Of a DNA stretch of 64,000 bases, positions 53,630 to 64,000 are shown piece by piece. The position numbers and the translations under genes are program-made. Origin of the DNA: Trichosphaerium sp. ATCC 40318. Its lineage: Eukaryota > Protista > Tubulinea. The notes under the pieces were generated by a model. It ran no database searches. It saw nothing but the letters and a program-made list of their open reading frames with translations, and was not told where the DNA came from. The stretch covers positions 82,500 to 146,499 of the forward strand of contig JALMLS010000505.1 in the NCBI GenBank assembly GCA_038496445.1, in the 5' to 3' direction. Each line of letters starts with the position of its first letter. The stretch's first letter is position 1.

Positions 53630-54969
53630 GACGTGTTGTCACTCTTGGGGTTACCACGAAGCAGTATTAAGTCGTTACTTGACACGAGATATTTTTCGGT
53701 GAAGTGTTATTGTAATGTGCGTTTCGGTTCTGGTTCTGTGTTTTTACTATTTGCGGTTCACAGAGTGTTTTTGAAGCCCTAGGAACTGGAATGTACCTCC
53801 GGTCATGTAATAAGGCGATATGGGGACATAGTGAAGATAAACCGGTAACCCGGCAAAACCGTCGGTAGTTTATTTTTTGGGTAGTTTTTTGCCGTATTCA
53901 CAGTTCCACCTGTAGCGCTATCACTCTTTAGAGATTTACCCATTCCATTTACCAGTCCGTGTATATTTACGAAAGACGCGCCACGTACATAAATGAGTTA
54001 AGGAGACACAAACAACTACAAAACTGCATAAGAGATTCAGATACCTTTCGAAAAAAAAGCAGATAATCCAGATTTATTTTTTCTAACCGCGAAAATATCT
54101 GTAACTGAGCCGCTAACCACGTGTTTCATGAAAAAATGTAAAAAACACAATACTATCTTGAATACATGATTCCGATCATTTTAGAGTCCAGAATAGCTAC
54201 TGTACTATATTTTCAACTTTTTTATAGTAGCGGGCTTCTCATCACCTTCTTGCGTTCATTATAGGCGTCAGTAACCATCAAAGCGGTAGTTAATAGACTA
54301 TAAATATACATACCATTGAATAGGTTGATAAAAGCTCTAATACAGCGTAGTAACACTCTTTAACACTAAAAATCGCGAAAGAAGTGCTCATACAGCAAAG
54401 TGCGTATCGAGGGAACCAAATAAAATTGTGGTTATCACATCACATCATTAAACTACCAACACACCACAACAACCAAGCTAAATGTCAAATAAACATTAAC
54501 CAACAACAAAACAAAGAAACGTGTCACTCAAAAGAAGAAACCTGCAAAACCAAAGCCAACGGAGAAACAACTTCGAATGAGAGGAGGATAAAGCCTTGAC
54601 TAAACACCATCTACCTCACTCCGATAGAGACTTGGGAATACAAAAAAGTGTGTAAGAATACAGAAAGAATGATCCTTTATCACAACTTTGCCATTCTTCT
54701 TTAAATCCATCCTGTAAAGTCTCGCACCTGACCAAATATTTTAATAAGATTCTTCTAACGGCAGAGAGATCAGTTGTAGTGTGGGAAGACTAGTAATGGA
54801 GACGACAGGATTTGTAAGCAGCTATTTTTGGTTTCAAATTTAATTTCAAACGAACAACAATGAACAAAGTACACTGGCTATCAAGCATCGCCGGTGCGCT
54901 AGTAGTAGGTGGTGTAGTTGGAGGCATAGTAGTTAGTCTCACCACTTGTTTTTTTACCCTGTGATATAA

Positions 54970-55312
54970 CTAAAGCAGCTTAGAAAGGCCCTTAATAGTC
55001 ACTGCTGTATTGTTTTCACTATTTAAATGTGCTTTAATTAATATTGATATAATCGCACTATTTAGTTTTTGCTGAATAGTAGGTAACCTGTTAGAATTAC
55101 GTTGTGATGTACCTGCACAAAATAAAGCTGTGGTTCCATCTTTATCAACAACATCAATATTTGCATTTGCTTCAATTAGTGTAGACACAGTCACATTTTC
55201 CATGTTTTGCTACAAAATAGTGTAAGCCATAGTGTTACCTGCACAAATTAAAGCTGTATTTCCATCTTGATCAACAGCCTCAACATTGGCATTTGCATCG
55301 AGTAACGTTGAC
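54970..55312 (-). pseudogene. Degenerate one-repeat-per-exon ankyrin exons (relic of a related array)
   Basis: LLDANANVEAVDQDGNTALICA and TVSTLIEANANIDVVDKDGTTALFCA, with the same GCAG|GT phase-1 donors. The second exon is 2 nt short and the third has an early stop. Confidence 0.7.
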
Positions 55313-55739
55313 AACGTGGCGAAAAAACTGATGCGCAAAACAGAAAGTGTTCACTTGTTCATAGTCTTTGACGTTTTCACAATTCCATGTAACGCTTCAA
55401 AGAATTATCCCCTCCATCACTAGCCTCTGTATTTAGAAGTATATGAAGTACATATATAAGAAAAAGGAGAACCAAAAAGAATGAAAGAAGGTACTAGCTG
55501 CTTTCTCAATTGCCGCTATCTGACATTGGTTGGCTAGCCAAAACTGAAATTAGGTGAATAACGAGAATAGTGTATTAGGAATAGACAGGTTTTTTGATAT
55601 AAGCGTGCTCGTTAATTCACGCCATCTACTTATTTTGTATTATCTGGTTGCACCAAAAGTAAGTACTTGTACTGAAAGTAATTTTTTCCTGTGTTAATCC
55701 AGTCGTTCACAATTCTTTGGGCCAAGTATACAAGTGGCG

Positions 55740-56337
55740 AGGAACTAACATGTGTTAAAAAGCCAGAAATTGTATATTGTGTAGATTTTTTGATTTCAAA
55801 AAACACATAAAATGAAAACCTGTGTGGAGAAATTATTTTATTGTCGGATTCTATGCACTCATACAGGTGGCATTAGTGTGCAAAGAATCAGCATCAAAAT
55901 CGGTCCGGTAAGCCAGAAATTTTGACTTTTTTGTCGATTTTTTGCTTCAAAAACGAAGACTTTTTCACCTTCAAAAAAATTGAAAATACACGTATTGACA
56001 TGTTGGTGTACTGTGTAAAAATTCAGAGCTGAACTTGTCCGTGGTTGCCATAAATGTTACCTTTCTTATTTTTTTCTGGAATTTTTTTTGAAGGTGAAAA
56101 AGTCTTCGTTTTTGAAGCAAAAAATCGACAAAAAAGTCAAAATTTCTGGCTTACCGGACCGATTTTGATGCTGATTCTTTGCACACTAATGCCACCTGTA
56201 TGAGTGCATAGAATCCGACAATAAAAATAATTCCTCCGTGCAGATTTTCATAAACACACGTGCGTTTTTTGAGCACTAAAAAAAACTACTGTTGCTTGTG
56301 GAGTAAGTTGGAGTCGCCTTGGTACATGTAAGATCCT
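55740..56337. mobile_element. Foldback / MITE-like non-autonomous element with ~150-bp near-perfect inverted arms
   Basis: Arm ~55831-55981 (aattattttattgtcggattctatgcactcatacaggtggc...ttcaccttcaaaaaaatt) is the reverse complement of ~56080-56232 around a ~98-bp spacer. Weaker symmetry extends to ggaactaacatgt / acatgtaagatcc. Confidence 0.75.
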
Positions 56338-57269
56338 AAAACTAAACCGTGAGCGGGCTTTAAGACGCTTTACAAGTAGAAAAATAACCTTGTACATTTT
56401 GTTTTGTGGTGCTTCTTAAATAAAAAAGACAGGAATGGATTTTACAGCCAAGTAGAAACAAAGCTAATAAGAGGAGAAAACAACTTTGACTTACAGATTA
56501 ATTAATTTGTTAGAAGCAAATGTATTTTGATGGGAGTTGTGTCATTGCACAAGTTAATCTCAGAACATGCTTTGTACACACAGTCAAAACAATCATTGAT
56601 TTGTGAACATTTCCTTTCGAGTACCGTGCATTGGTACTTACTATTGGCATCCACAGGAGGTAAGGCTTTTCACTTGGTATCTTACATAGATTCATTGCTC
56701 TACACTTTTGCAAAGGTGGTGGAATTCTGGTGTAAAAAGCATTCATCTTATGTGCAAGGGTATTGTGTCTTATATCATGTAGTAAATAGCGTCCCTACGT
56801 CTTTTCCATTTTAAAAACAGTCAGTGCAACTCTGATGTAAGCCCTTGGCAGGCACCCATGTATGTCCGTCTCAGAATGAGCCATAGCAATGTAGACAAAG
56901 TAAAAGTAAAGTAAACATGGACCAATTCCTAGCTGGTTGCTAATACCATGAACACTAGTGTAGATGGCCACCTTTTCAAGAGTGTAGAGCTGATGAATCT
57001 ATGTTCAATAAACGAAATAAAAGCATGCTACATAAAAATGAAAAAGTGCTAAAAAAACCATACAGCACCAAGTGATCTTTCTTTTAAGGCTCTCGCTAAA
57101 AACCACTTATTTTTGTGAGTTGTTTCTTTTTTGAGGTTGCACTGCACTACGCTAGCGTGTGTACCTGTTGCTAGCCGGTTATTAGAGGAAAAGAACCAAA
57201 ACTTATAACACGCATTTGTCTCCAAGACTTGAATTCGTGTGTTTAGGTGCCTAGGTAATACTTCAAAAT

Positions 57270-57444
57270 GGGTTATACTAATATGTCGAAAAAAAAGTCA
57301 AACAAATGTCGAAGTGATATTGAACTGTTCGCCACAAAGGGAGACAACTGGGTTATGGCGCTCAGTCGCCGCTAGGCTCTGCCCCCCAAACCCCCTGAAA
57401 GGGGGGGCTTTCTAAATAGTTCCTATGACATAATATAGGATAAA
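57270..57444. repeat. Dispersed ~170-bp GC-rich structured repeat, copy 2
   Basis: Matches 14622-14783 and carries an extra ccccctgaaaggggg hairpin. Confidence 0.85.
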
Positions 57445-59038
57445 CATATTTGTGTTACCGTTCAAAATGCATATTTGCTGTGCTCAGGTTATTATTTGCC
57501 GTGCTTCACGTGTTTGCAGTAATTTTGAAAAGAGAGACTTGTTCGAACGCTTTTCATGCGTAAGCAGATTGTTTGATCACTTTTTAAAACTGTTTTGGTC
57601 GAGAAAAAAACACTAAAGGACATTCAAGTGCTTTAAATACTTCAATTCATTACGTTGTGAGCCCTTGCTGCAGTTAATGCGTTAGTCTTGTTACAAACTT
57701 GTTGCCACCTCCACTGCGAGTTGCTCAATGTACGATAGCTGTACGTGACATCTAAAAATCGTAGATGAAACCAGCATAGAAACAAAATAAAGAATAAAAT
57801 CTCCACCGCTGATGAACAGATACACAGCACAACGTTCTTGTATTTTGGCGTCCGGTTCTCGTTATAATTCTGTCTGGTTTCAATAACGACATTATGATAA
57901 CACCCTTTGTGTTCGCTGGGCGGGGTAAAAAATAGCCCGCAAAACGCCACTATCAAGCAACAAAGTTGAGTGAGGTATTCGCTACTATTTGGTGAAATAT
58001 TTGAAAAACCTTTTCGAACTACACTTTTTTTCTGCCCGTGTGACGGTTATATAGTCGCGTAAGGTTACCACCTCACTCCGTTAGTGACTGTTATTTACGC
58101 TTTTGGCGTAGTGGTTTAGTATGCGTATTTATAAATGGTCGTATTTTTACAGTGCTTGTGGTTGGTAAATGTCGTGAAAAATGCGGCCTAGATAGGCTCT
58201 GTGGCTGTACAAATCAGATATGCGTACAGTGCAATGCAGCCGAACTCAGTATTGCTTCTATGGAGACTGCAAGCAAGTTTTGTAGAGCATTTCACGTTGA
58301 TACCTGCTTCTTACCTTGCAGGATGTTTACTTTACCCTGTGGTACTACAACCATAGGATGACTCAAAGACTCGTAATCAACAGTACTGTCACCTGTAAGT
58401 AATATCAGTTAATTTAATTGATAACTGGTATCGTTTCTACTACTTGTACATCAGAGGAATAGCGTGATTCTGTAATATACACATCTTAAAACACGTTTCT
58501 CAGATAAAATATAGATTTGCAATTGGCCTTGTTTCATATGTCAACTGCATTGAGCTTAGAAGTTGCACAAAGGTGGATATCAATGTATGCTGATAGTACT
58601 CAAATTACTAATGTTCACTTGTCTAACGCACAAGTTCAATTATCTCAACTAAACACATTAACGTATGATGAAACTATCAGAAACAGTCACATGTATCGCT
58701 GGAGCACTCTGTGAAGGTACTTACATACTTAGCGTATAAGACTTCAATCCAAACAAACAGCATAGCTCAGTGCTTGTTCTATTTCCATCAGTGGTGGCGC
58801 GCTTAAGTACTTGTGAGAAATCCAGAAAAGATTGACAATGAAATATTGTATTGAAACCAAGTCTGTGTTATGATGCGCTACGAAGAGAACAATGAGTAAG
58901 TAAAATGCTTTATTTGTGCGAATGAATATTGGCAACGTGTTGCTGATAGTGGAGCCTACTTGTTTCTTTACGCAAGTAGAGTGGCATGTCTCTCTTGTAG
59001 GCCAGGTAGGCTTTTCCTTTCGGTAATATTATCTTGCT

Positions 59039-59665
59039 TTAGGTGGCATTGCTTTTGGATAAGTTGACAATATCTTTCTTCAGGTTTTTGATGCTTTCTT
59101 TAATGATGGTATTGCTTTCTGTTAATTTGACATTGTCGTCCTTCAAGTCATTGACACATTCTGTCAACTTGATATTGTCTTGCTGTAGGTTGTTGCCACT
59201 TTCTGTTAGGCTGGCATTGTCTCGCTTCAGGTCGGCATTGTTTTCTGCTACTTTTGCTTTCTGTAATTGTATGTCGAGATATACATCATTGCTAGTTGAT
59301 TGCTGGTCATCAGTTGAATCCACATGGGCATCCCATAGTTTTCTAGTACAACAGCGTAAGTTTAAATAAGCAAAAGATGTGACTTCTTACCGGTTGCTAG
59401 TAAACTTGTCATTAGAGTCGGAGAGGTCATCTGTCTTCGGGTTTATTTGTATTTTTTGTTTTTTTCGTTTGGGAATCTTTTGGTACAACTTTAATGATGC
59501 AACGAGCAACAGCTTGATTATCTAAAAGGCGAGTTATAATACAATTTTTGTAATTTCTAGTACCTTGAGCAACAACAAGCTCATCGTACACCGCATGAGA
59601 TACTCTATTTTCTTTGAGAGGTCTACCTAAGCGATCTACCAATATGACTTTGGTAGCCTGTTGTC
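59039..59665 (-). pseudogene. 5'-truncated paralog of the PARP/coiled-coil gene at 48093-53629
   Basis: GYQSH(frameshift)LVDRLGRPLKENRVSHAVYDELVVAQ, NQAVARCIIKV, TRKLWDAHVDSTDDQQ and degenerate 14-aa heptads. Intron positions match the intact copy; no HGT/GIYF part upstream. Confidence 0.8.
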
Positions 59666-59697
59666 CTCTTAACTTCTTTTCTCTTTCTTTACTCCCG

Positions 59698-59792
59698 TAT
59701 CACAACAACAAATTGCCACATTAACAGAAATCGTCACCAGCCTACAATACATTGAGACCAAACTAGCTCAACTTGAAAGTACAAGCAAGTAG
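59698..59792 (+). pseudogene. Inverted C-terminal fragment possibly of the same family
   Basis: Translates SQQQIATLTEIVTSLQYIETKLAQLESTSK*, resembling EQHITELTESINNL...LLAKIALLESTK* of the intact gene. Confidence 0.4.
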
Positions 59793-60288
59793 ATCCATGT
59801 AAGCCAATATTCTCTCACCAATAAACAATCAGTTAGCTTAACTTACTATACTCTTGTTTACACCTCAATATAAACTTGTCGTGGCCACACAAGGGCAAAA
59901 CATACACTAGAAAAACAAGGCTCACCACAGGCTAGATGATTTTACTGTCAAATCAAAAAGGAATAGTGAAACACGTGATTGCTACAGTTTAACATTGACA
60001 TCTGATTATTGAGCGCATCACTTGCGAATTTGTTCAACTGAAATTCCAGTATGATCACTTCCTTTACCTACCCACTTGTAATATACGTTCACTTTTTAAG
60101 TTGTTGTATACAGTACTGTATCATAGTCAGTGTGTCGCCCTTAACGTTTCGTAGAAAATATATAGGGAAAGCAACGTACAAATGAACTAGGAAGAAGACT
60201 TTCGTAAATCTTGAAGTAGCAAACCTCACGATTACACTCCGCCTAGTGATGTCTTCCTCACTTTGAAAGCACTCATTGCAACTACGGT

Positions 60289-60654
60289 ATGTACGTCTGT
60301 CTTAGAATGAGGCGTTTTAAGCAATGCAGACAAAAGTATGTAGAAGTAGCACATTGTGAAAATGCTTCTAAACTCAGTGCTATTGATATTGTAGAAAGGC
60401 GTATAGAACGTAATAAGGGCTTTATTACATATAGCATGTTGCTAGATGATAGCAACCACAAAACAAAAGTGATCATTCTCCGCAAGTTTTTCAACTTTCG
60501 CGTGGTTGTTGATTCCGTCAACGAACGCGTGCTTGCAGTGCTCAATGCCTGGGCCTACGATTTCGGTAGAAGCAGCATTACCGAACTTAAGCGTTTCGAA
60601 CAAGCAGAAAAAAATTGCAAAACGTTCGAACGAAAAGGTTTTTCAACTATTTAA
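60289..60654 (+). other. Isolated 121-aa ORF or exon of unknown origin
   Basis: Open frame with protein-like composition; no recognised motif and no clean upstream exon chain. Confidence 0.25.
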
Positions 60655-62363
60655 CCTTTATAACCAAAAAATAGCGAATACCTTGCAGTGCTAATGCCTT
60701 TCTTCAAGCGATCGATTATCCTGGTTTTTGTACCAGGGACTGAGTATTGTACGCGTATAAACATAACACCTGACAGTGAAACAAGCTAATGCCCGAATGA
60801 TGTAATACTGCAGTTGGTTTCGGGTACGTGACCAGGTGCATGCGTAAAGCAACTTGCGACTTGCAACAAAACGCCTTTGAGCTTTTGTGCTCAATTAACA
60901 CCGTAGCAACCCTCAGCACGCGTGTGTGACTATTAGGCGCAAAAAAAAACAACTAGTTCTGCAATACCACTCAACGCAACGCCAGCACTGTATATGCGTG
61001 CACCGTGAGCGTTGTAGCCTCAAAACAAAATAGGACATAATAACAAGTGGTTTTGAGCAAGAGCCTCAAAAGAAGGATCACTAGGTGCTGTAAAGTAATG
61101 AGCGCTGTGCTACTGACAAAGATGAGAAGTTGCACAAGAAATTTAATAAAGGTTACTTATGTTGTTTGGAACGCCAGGTAGAGTATTGAGAGTACCGGAG
61201 ATGGAGAAAAGACTAAAAACCACAACGGAGCTGCACGAGGTAACAGTAAACCCTTATCACCTACGAATGGGATACCTCTACAATAAAAGCCAAACAGAGT
61301 TCAAGCTAATACTCCTGTGTTGTTGCAGCTTTAGGTCTTCCTCCACAAGGCGCAAAGTCATGACTTTTCTTTAACGGTAGTTTTTTTTGGTTTCGACCTT
61401 GGTTTCGTTCATTGTTATCTGCAGTTATGTACACGTTGCATTAGTGGTATCATCATAGTATTATCATAATACAGATTGTGTGGCGTTTAACCTTGGACAA
61501 ACAAGTTACGTATACTTGAGTTGCAGAGAGATCAAAAGCTTTAGTGTTTACTCGACTGTGACGTAATTGTATAGTCCGTATTGTTATCCCTTGCTCTTTG
61601 TTGCAAAAAGAAAATAATGCTATAGTAGCATCACCTACGCACGGCGATGCCAAAAATAAAGTTTTTGTACTGTTTTTTTGAGCAAGCGATCTTTGGTAGA
61701 TTATACTTTTTGCCGATTACGCTTGAGTTAGCATTTGGAGTGACAACAGTCTTGTGCTTCCAAACTTCGAGATTTGTACAAAATGCTTACAAGTCGTGTT
61801 CCTTGCTTTATCAGTCAGTGAGCTTGATACCAAGGTTAAGGTGCGTCTTTGAATCGTAATGATCCAGGCTGTAGACTAATACAGGTTTACCTTTCTTTCT
61901 TTTTAAGTGATGGTTCCAACCACAGTTTACAATAGTTCCTGCGCAAACGTAAGGAAGCGTCAGATAATGTCACATGTGATATCTTTACACGTACTGAAAA
62001 CAAGTAATAAGGCACAGAAAATGATGAATATTATTCAATACTCCGTAGATGAACCTGTGCTACATTAAGAAAACAAAGCAATCAAACGACACTTTTTATA
62101 TTTGCTTGTTGTAACATCTTTGAGTACGAGGGTTGAAGCATTCACCTTCGTCAGTAATACCTAATAAAGGAGGTAGACGAGCTTAAATCAATGTATACCT
62201 GGACAGTACTTGAGACCAAGAGCGCAGATTGCGCCTCTAAAACAGGCCATAGTGTCATTGATACAACATAGACTCAAAACATATTGATACAAAGTGTTCA
62301 TCAACGATATTGTATTTACGACTATATTAAGTTTTTGTGTACAGAAGTGACTATTCTCAGAAG

Positions 62364-63879
62364 TTAAGGTATCGATTGCTCAAACGCAAAGAAGTTTGTG
62401 GGATCATACAACCTACGTATGCGCTGTAAGCGATCCAAGTTTTCTCCATAGTATGCCTGTGGCCAATCAGGGAAGTTAGGATCAATATAATTAACATAAG
62501 AACCGCTCAAATATGGTACCAGTAGTGTACGCATTTTGTTGACCCAATCAATGTTAGCTTGTTCATCTTGTGGATCATCCCAAATTGCCTTGATCTGGAT
62601 AAGCAATACGCTGTCTCTATGATAAAATGCTGTTGCGTTTGAAGAGATTCTAGATATTGCTCCACCTCCCACGTGAAACAGCACAAGATTTCTAGGATTA
62701 GGAAAAGATTCAAGCGAATTCATTAGCATGTCTACTAGATCAAGATTGAATGCTCCAGGTTTGAGGAAACCAGAAGTCAAGTATAAATAACCTCTTTGAG
62801 CAGACGTTACATTTGTGTTTTTAACTGACCAGTCATTGAACCTTTGAGGTTTTAATGTATTCAGTTCGAGATCATCACTGAGGTCAATGAGTGATTTAAG
62901 CACATTGTTTTCAGAGCACGTGGATGGATTGTTATTGCATATAACAGTCACACAGAATAGCCTCGCCTTGTTTTTACCAAAAGGAAGCCAAACTGGATCT
63001 ATATCTATCCAATCCGGCAATGTATCTATACCTTCTAACCATATACTCCATGCTTGTCTTACAACAGAAGAAAATGGTTGCCAGCATACTTCTCCCATTA
63101 GCATTTGGTCGGTATATTCATTATCGTTTGAGCCACTACTGACTGCGGTTGGTACATTGTACGGCTTGTGAAGCTGTAAAACAAAGGATAAAGCAATACC
63201 AAAAAGTATAATCTCCTCCGCCTCTTGACGCCCAAAACAATTCAACATTTTCATTTTATGATGCTTTTACTACAGTTCCATTTGCAAGCATAAACGTGAC
63301 CTAAGCACATTGTCAGATCCAAGTCCATAACTGCGCGATAGAAAAGACCATCCGCCACCTAGCAGAAACCCAGCCACACCAACTAAAGGGCATCCACCGC
63401 CAAGAGCTACCCAAGTATTTTGAAGACGACGATAAATGTCGTTCCAACGAACACCAGCGCCCACGCGCATCGTACCGTTTTCGTAAAGCACTATATCGTT
63501 AAAGTATGTACGAAGTTGTAGGACTACGCCACCATCATTTAAACTGTATCTACGGCTTGTTAACATTTGAAGAACGGTGTTTTCTCACTAACCCTTCTGC
63601 GGAATGACCTCCACTTAGCGTTGAGAACGTAGTGTTACAATATTGTACAGCGCTTAGCACTGCGGATACCGCATCAAAGTCCTCTGGAGATATAACTAAT
63701 GCTGGTGCCTTTTGCGCGAGCGCATTGTCTATTTGAACGGCGTTTTTATAAATGACAGTACCAGGGTACGAAATTGCGCCTGTCCAATCATCATTCGCGT
63801 TCAGTTGATCAGTAACACAACTGCACGTGACCTTATATGAGTATAGTAATAGTAGGGATAAGAGCAACCCTTTTAGCAT
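62364..63879 (-). pseudogene. Secreted FAD-linked oxidase (berberine bridge enzyme-like; FAD_binding_4 + BBE), disrupted
   Basis: Signal peptide, SGGHSAEG/Y (one intron), [43 protein letters not shown] and YVNYIDP..WPQAYYGENLDRLQRIRRLYDPTNFF. Frameshift at ~63303, in-frame TAA at ~63257 and a second frameshift at ~63203. Confidence 0.85.
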
Positions 63880-64000
63880 ACGAGAATTGTATTATTTGGC
63901 TAAACAGGAAAGAACAAATTCAGACAAAACTTTTCGGTATTTGGGTACAAAAAGCCGGCATTTGCTTCGATAGATTTTAAATATTGCTCTTATAACGTGT

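Noticed and set aside
53700-54900. Possible transposase or other mobile-element coding remnant upstream of the array
   Set aside because: No open frame with DDE, RT or Rep/Hel motifs and no clear termini seen.
56450-58950. Cys-rich and other short ORF fragments (56510-56814, 58152-58714)
   Set aside because: Interrupted by stops and not assignable; probably decayed sequence.
62095-62305. Small Cys-rich minus-strand two-exon fragment (…AICALGLKYCP/GITDEGECFNPRTQRCYNKQI*)
   Set aside because: Too short and lacks a clear signal peptide or start context to call a gene.

Overview
AT-rich eukaryotic genomic DNA with many short GT-AG spliceosomal introns (donors often GTACGT), read in the standard code. 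It is probably a protist, possibly an amoebozoan (inference only). Positions ~1-46.5 kb are gene-dense: a C1-C2-TBC-EF-hand RabGAP, two tandem pairs of PA-domain-like 7TM proteins, a Thr/Pro mucin-like surface protein, a coiled-coil protein, a GUP1/HHAT-type MBOAT, malic enzyme, a frameshifted intronless F-box/LRR gene, a MUS81-like nuclease, NIPBL/Scc2 with a PHD finger, an intronless HExxH protein and a membrane protein with C-terminal LRRs. Positions ~46.5-64 kb look like an accessory, repeat-rich region. Its main feature is an apparently intact minus-strand gene (53629..48093). It has 19 ankyrin repeats, each on its own symmetric ~99-nt exon inside a ~151-bp exon+intron tandem unit with near-identical introns, and amino-acid variation is concentrated at the target-binding positions. 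The array is spliced in frame to a PARP-type (H-Y-E) ADP-ribosyltransferase domain and a coiled coil. Around it lie degenerate ankyrin exons, a truncated PARP paralog, foldback/MITE-like repeats and a BBE-like oxidase pseudogene. Exon boundaries were derived by eye; gene ends are approximate unless stated.
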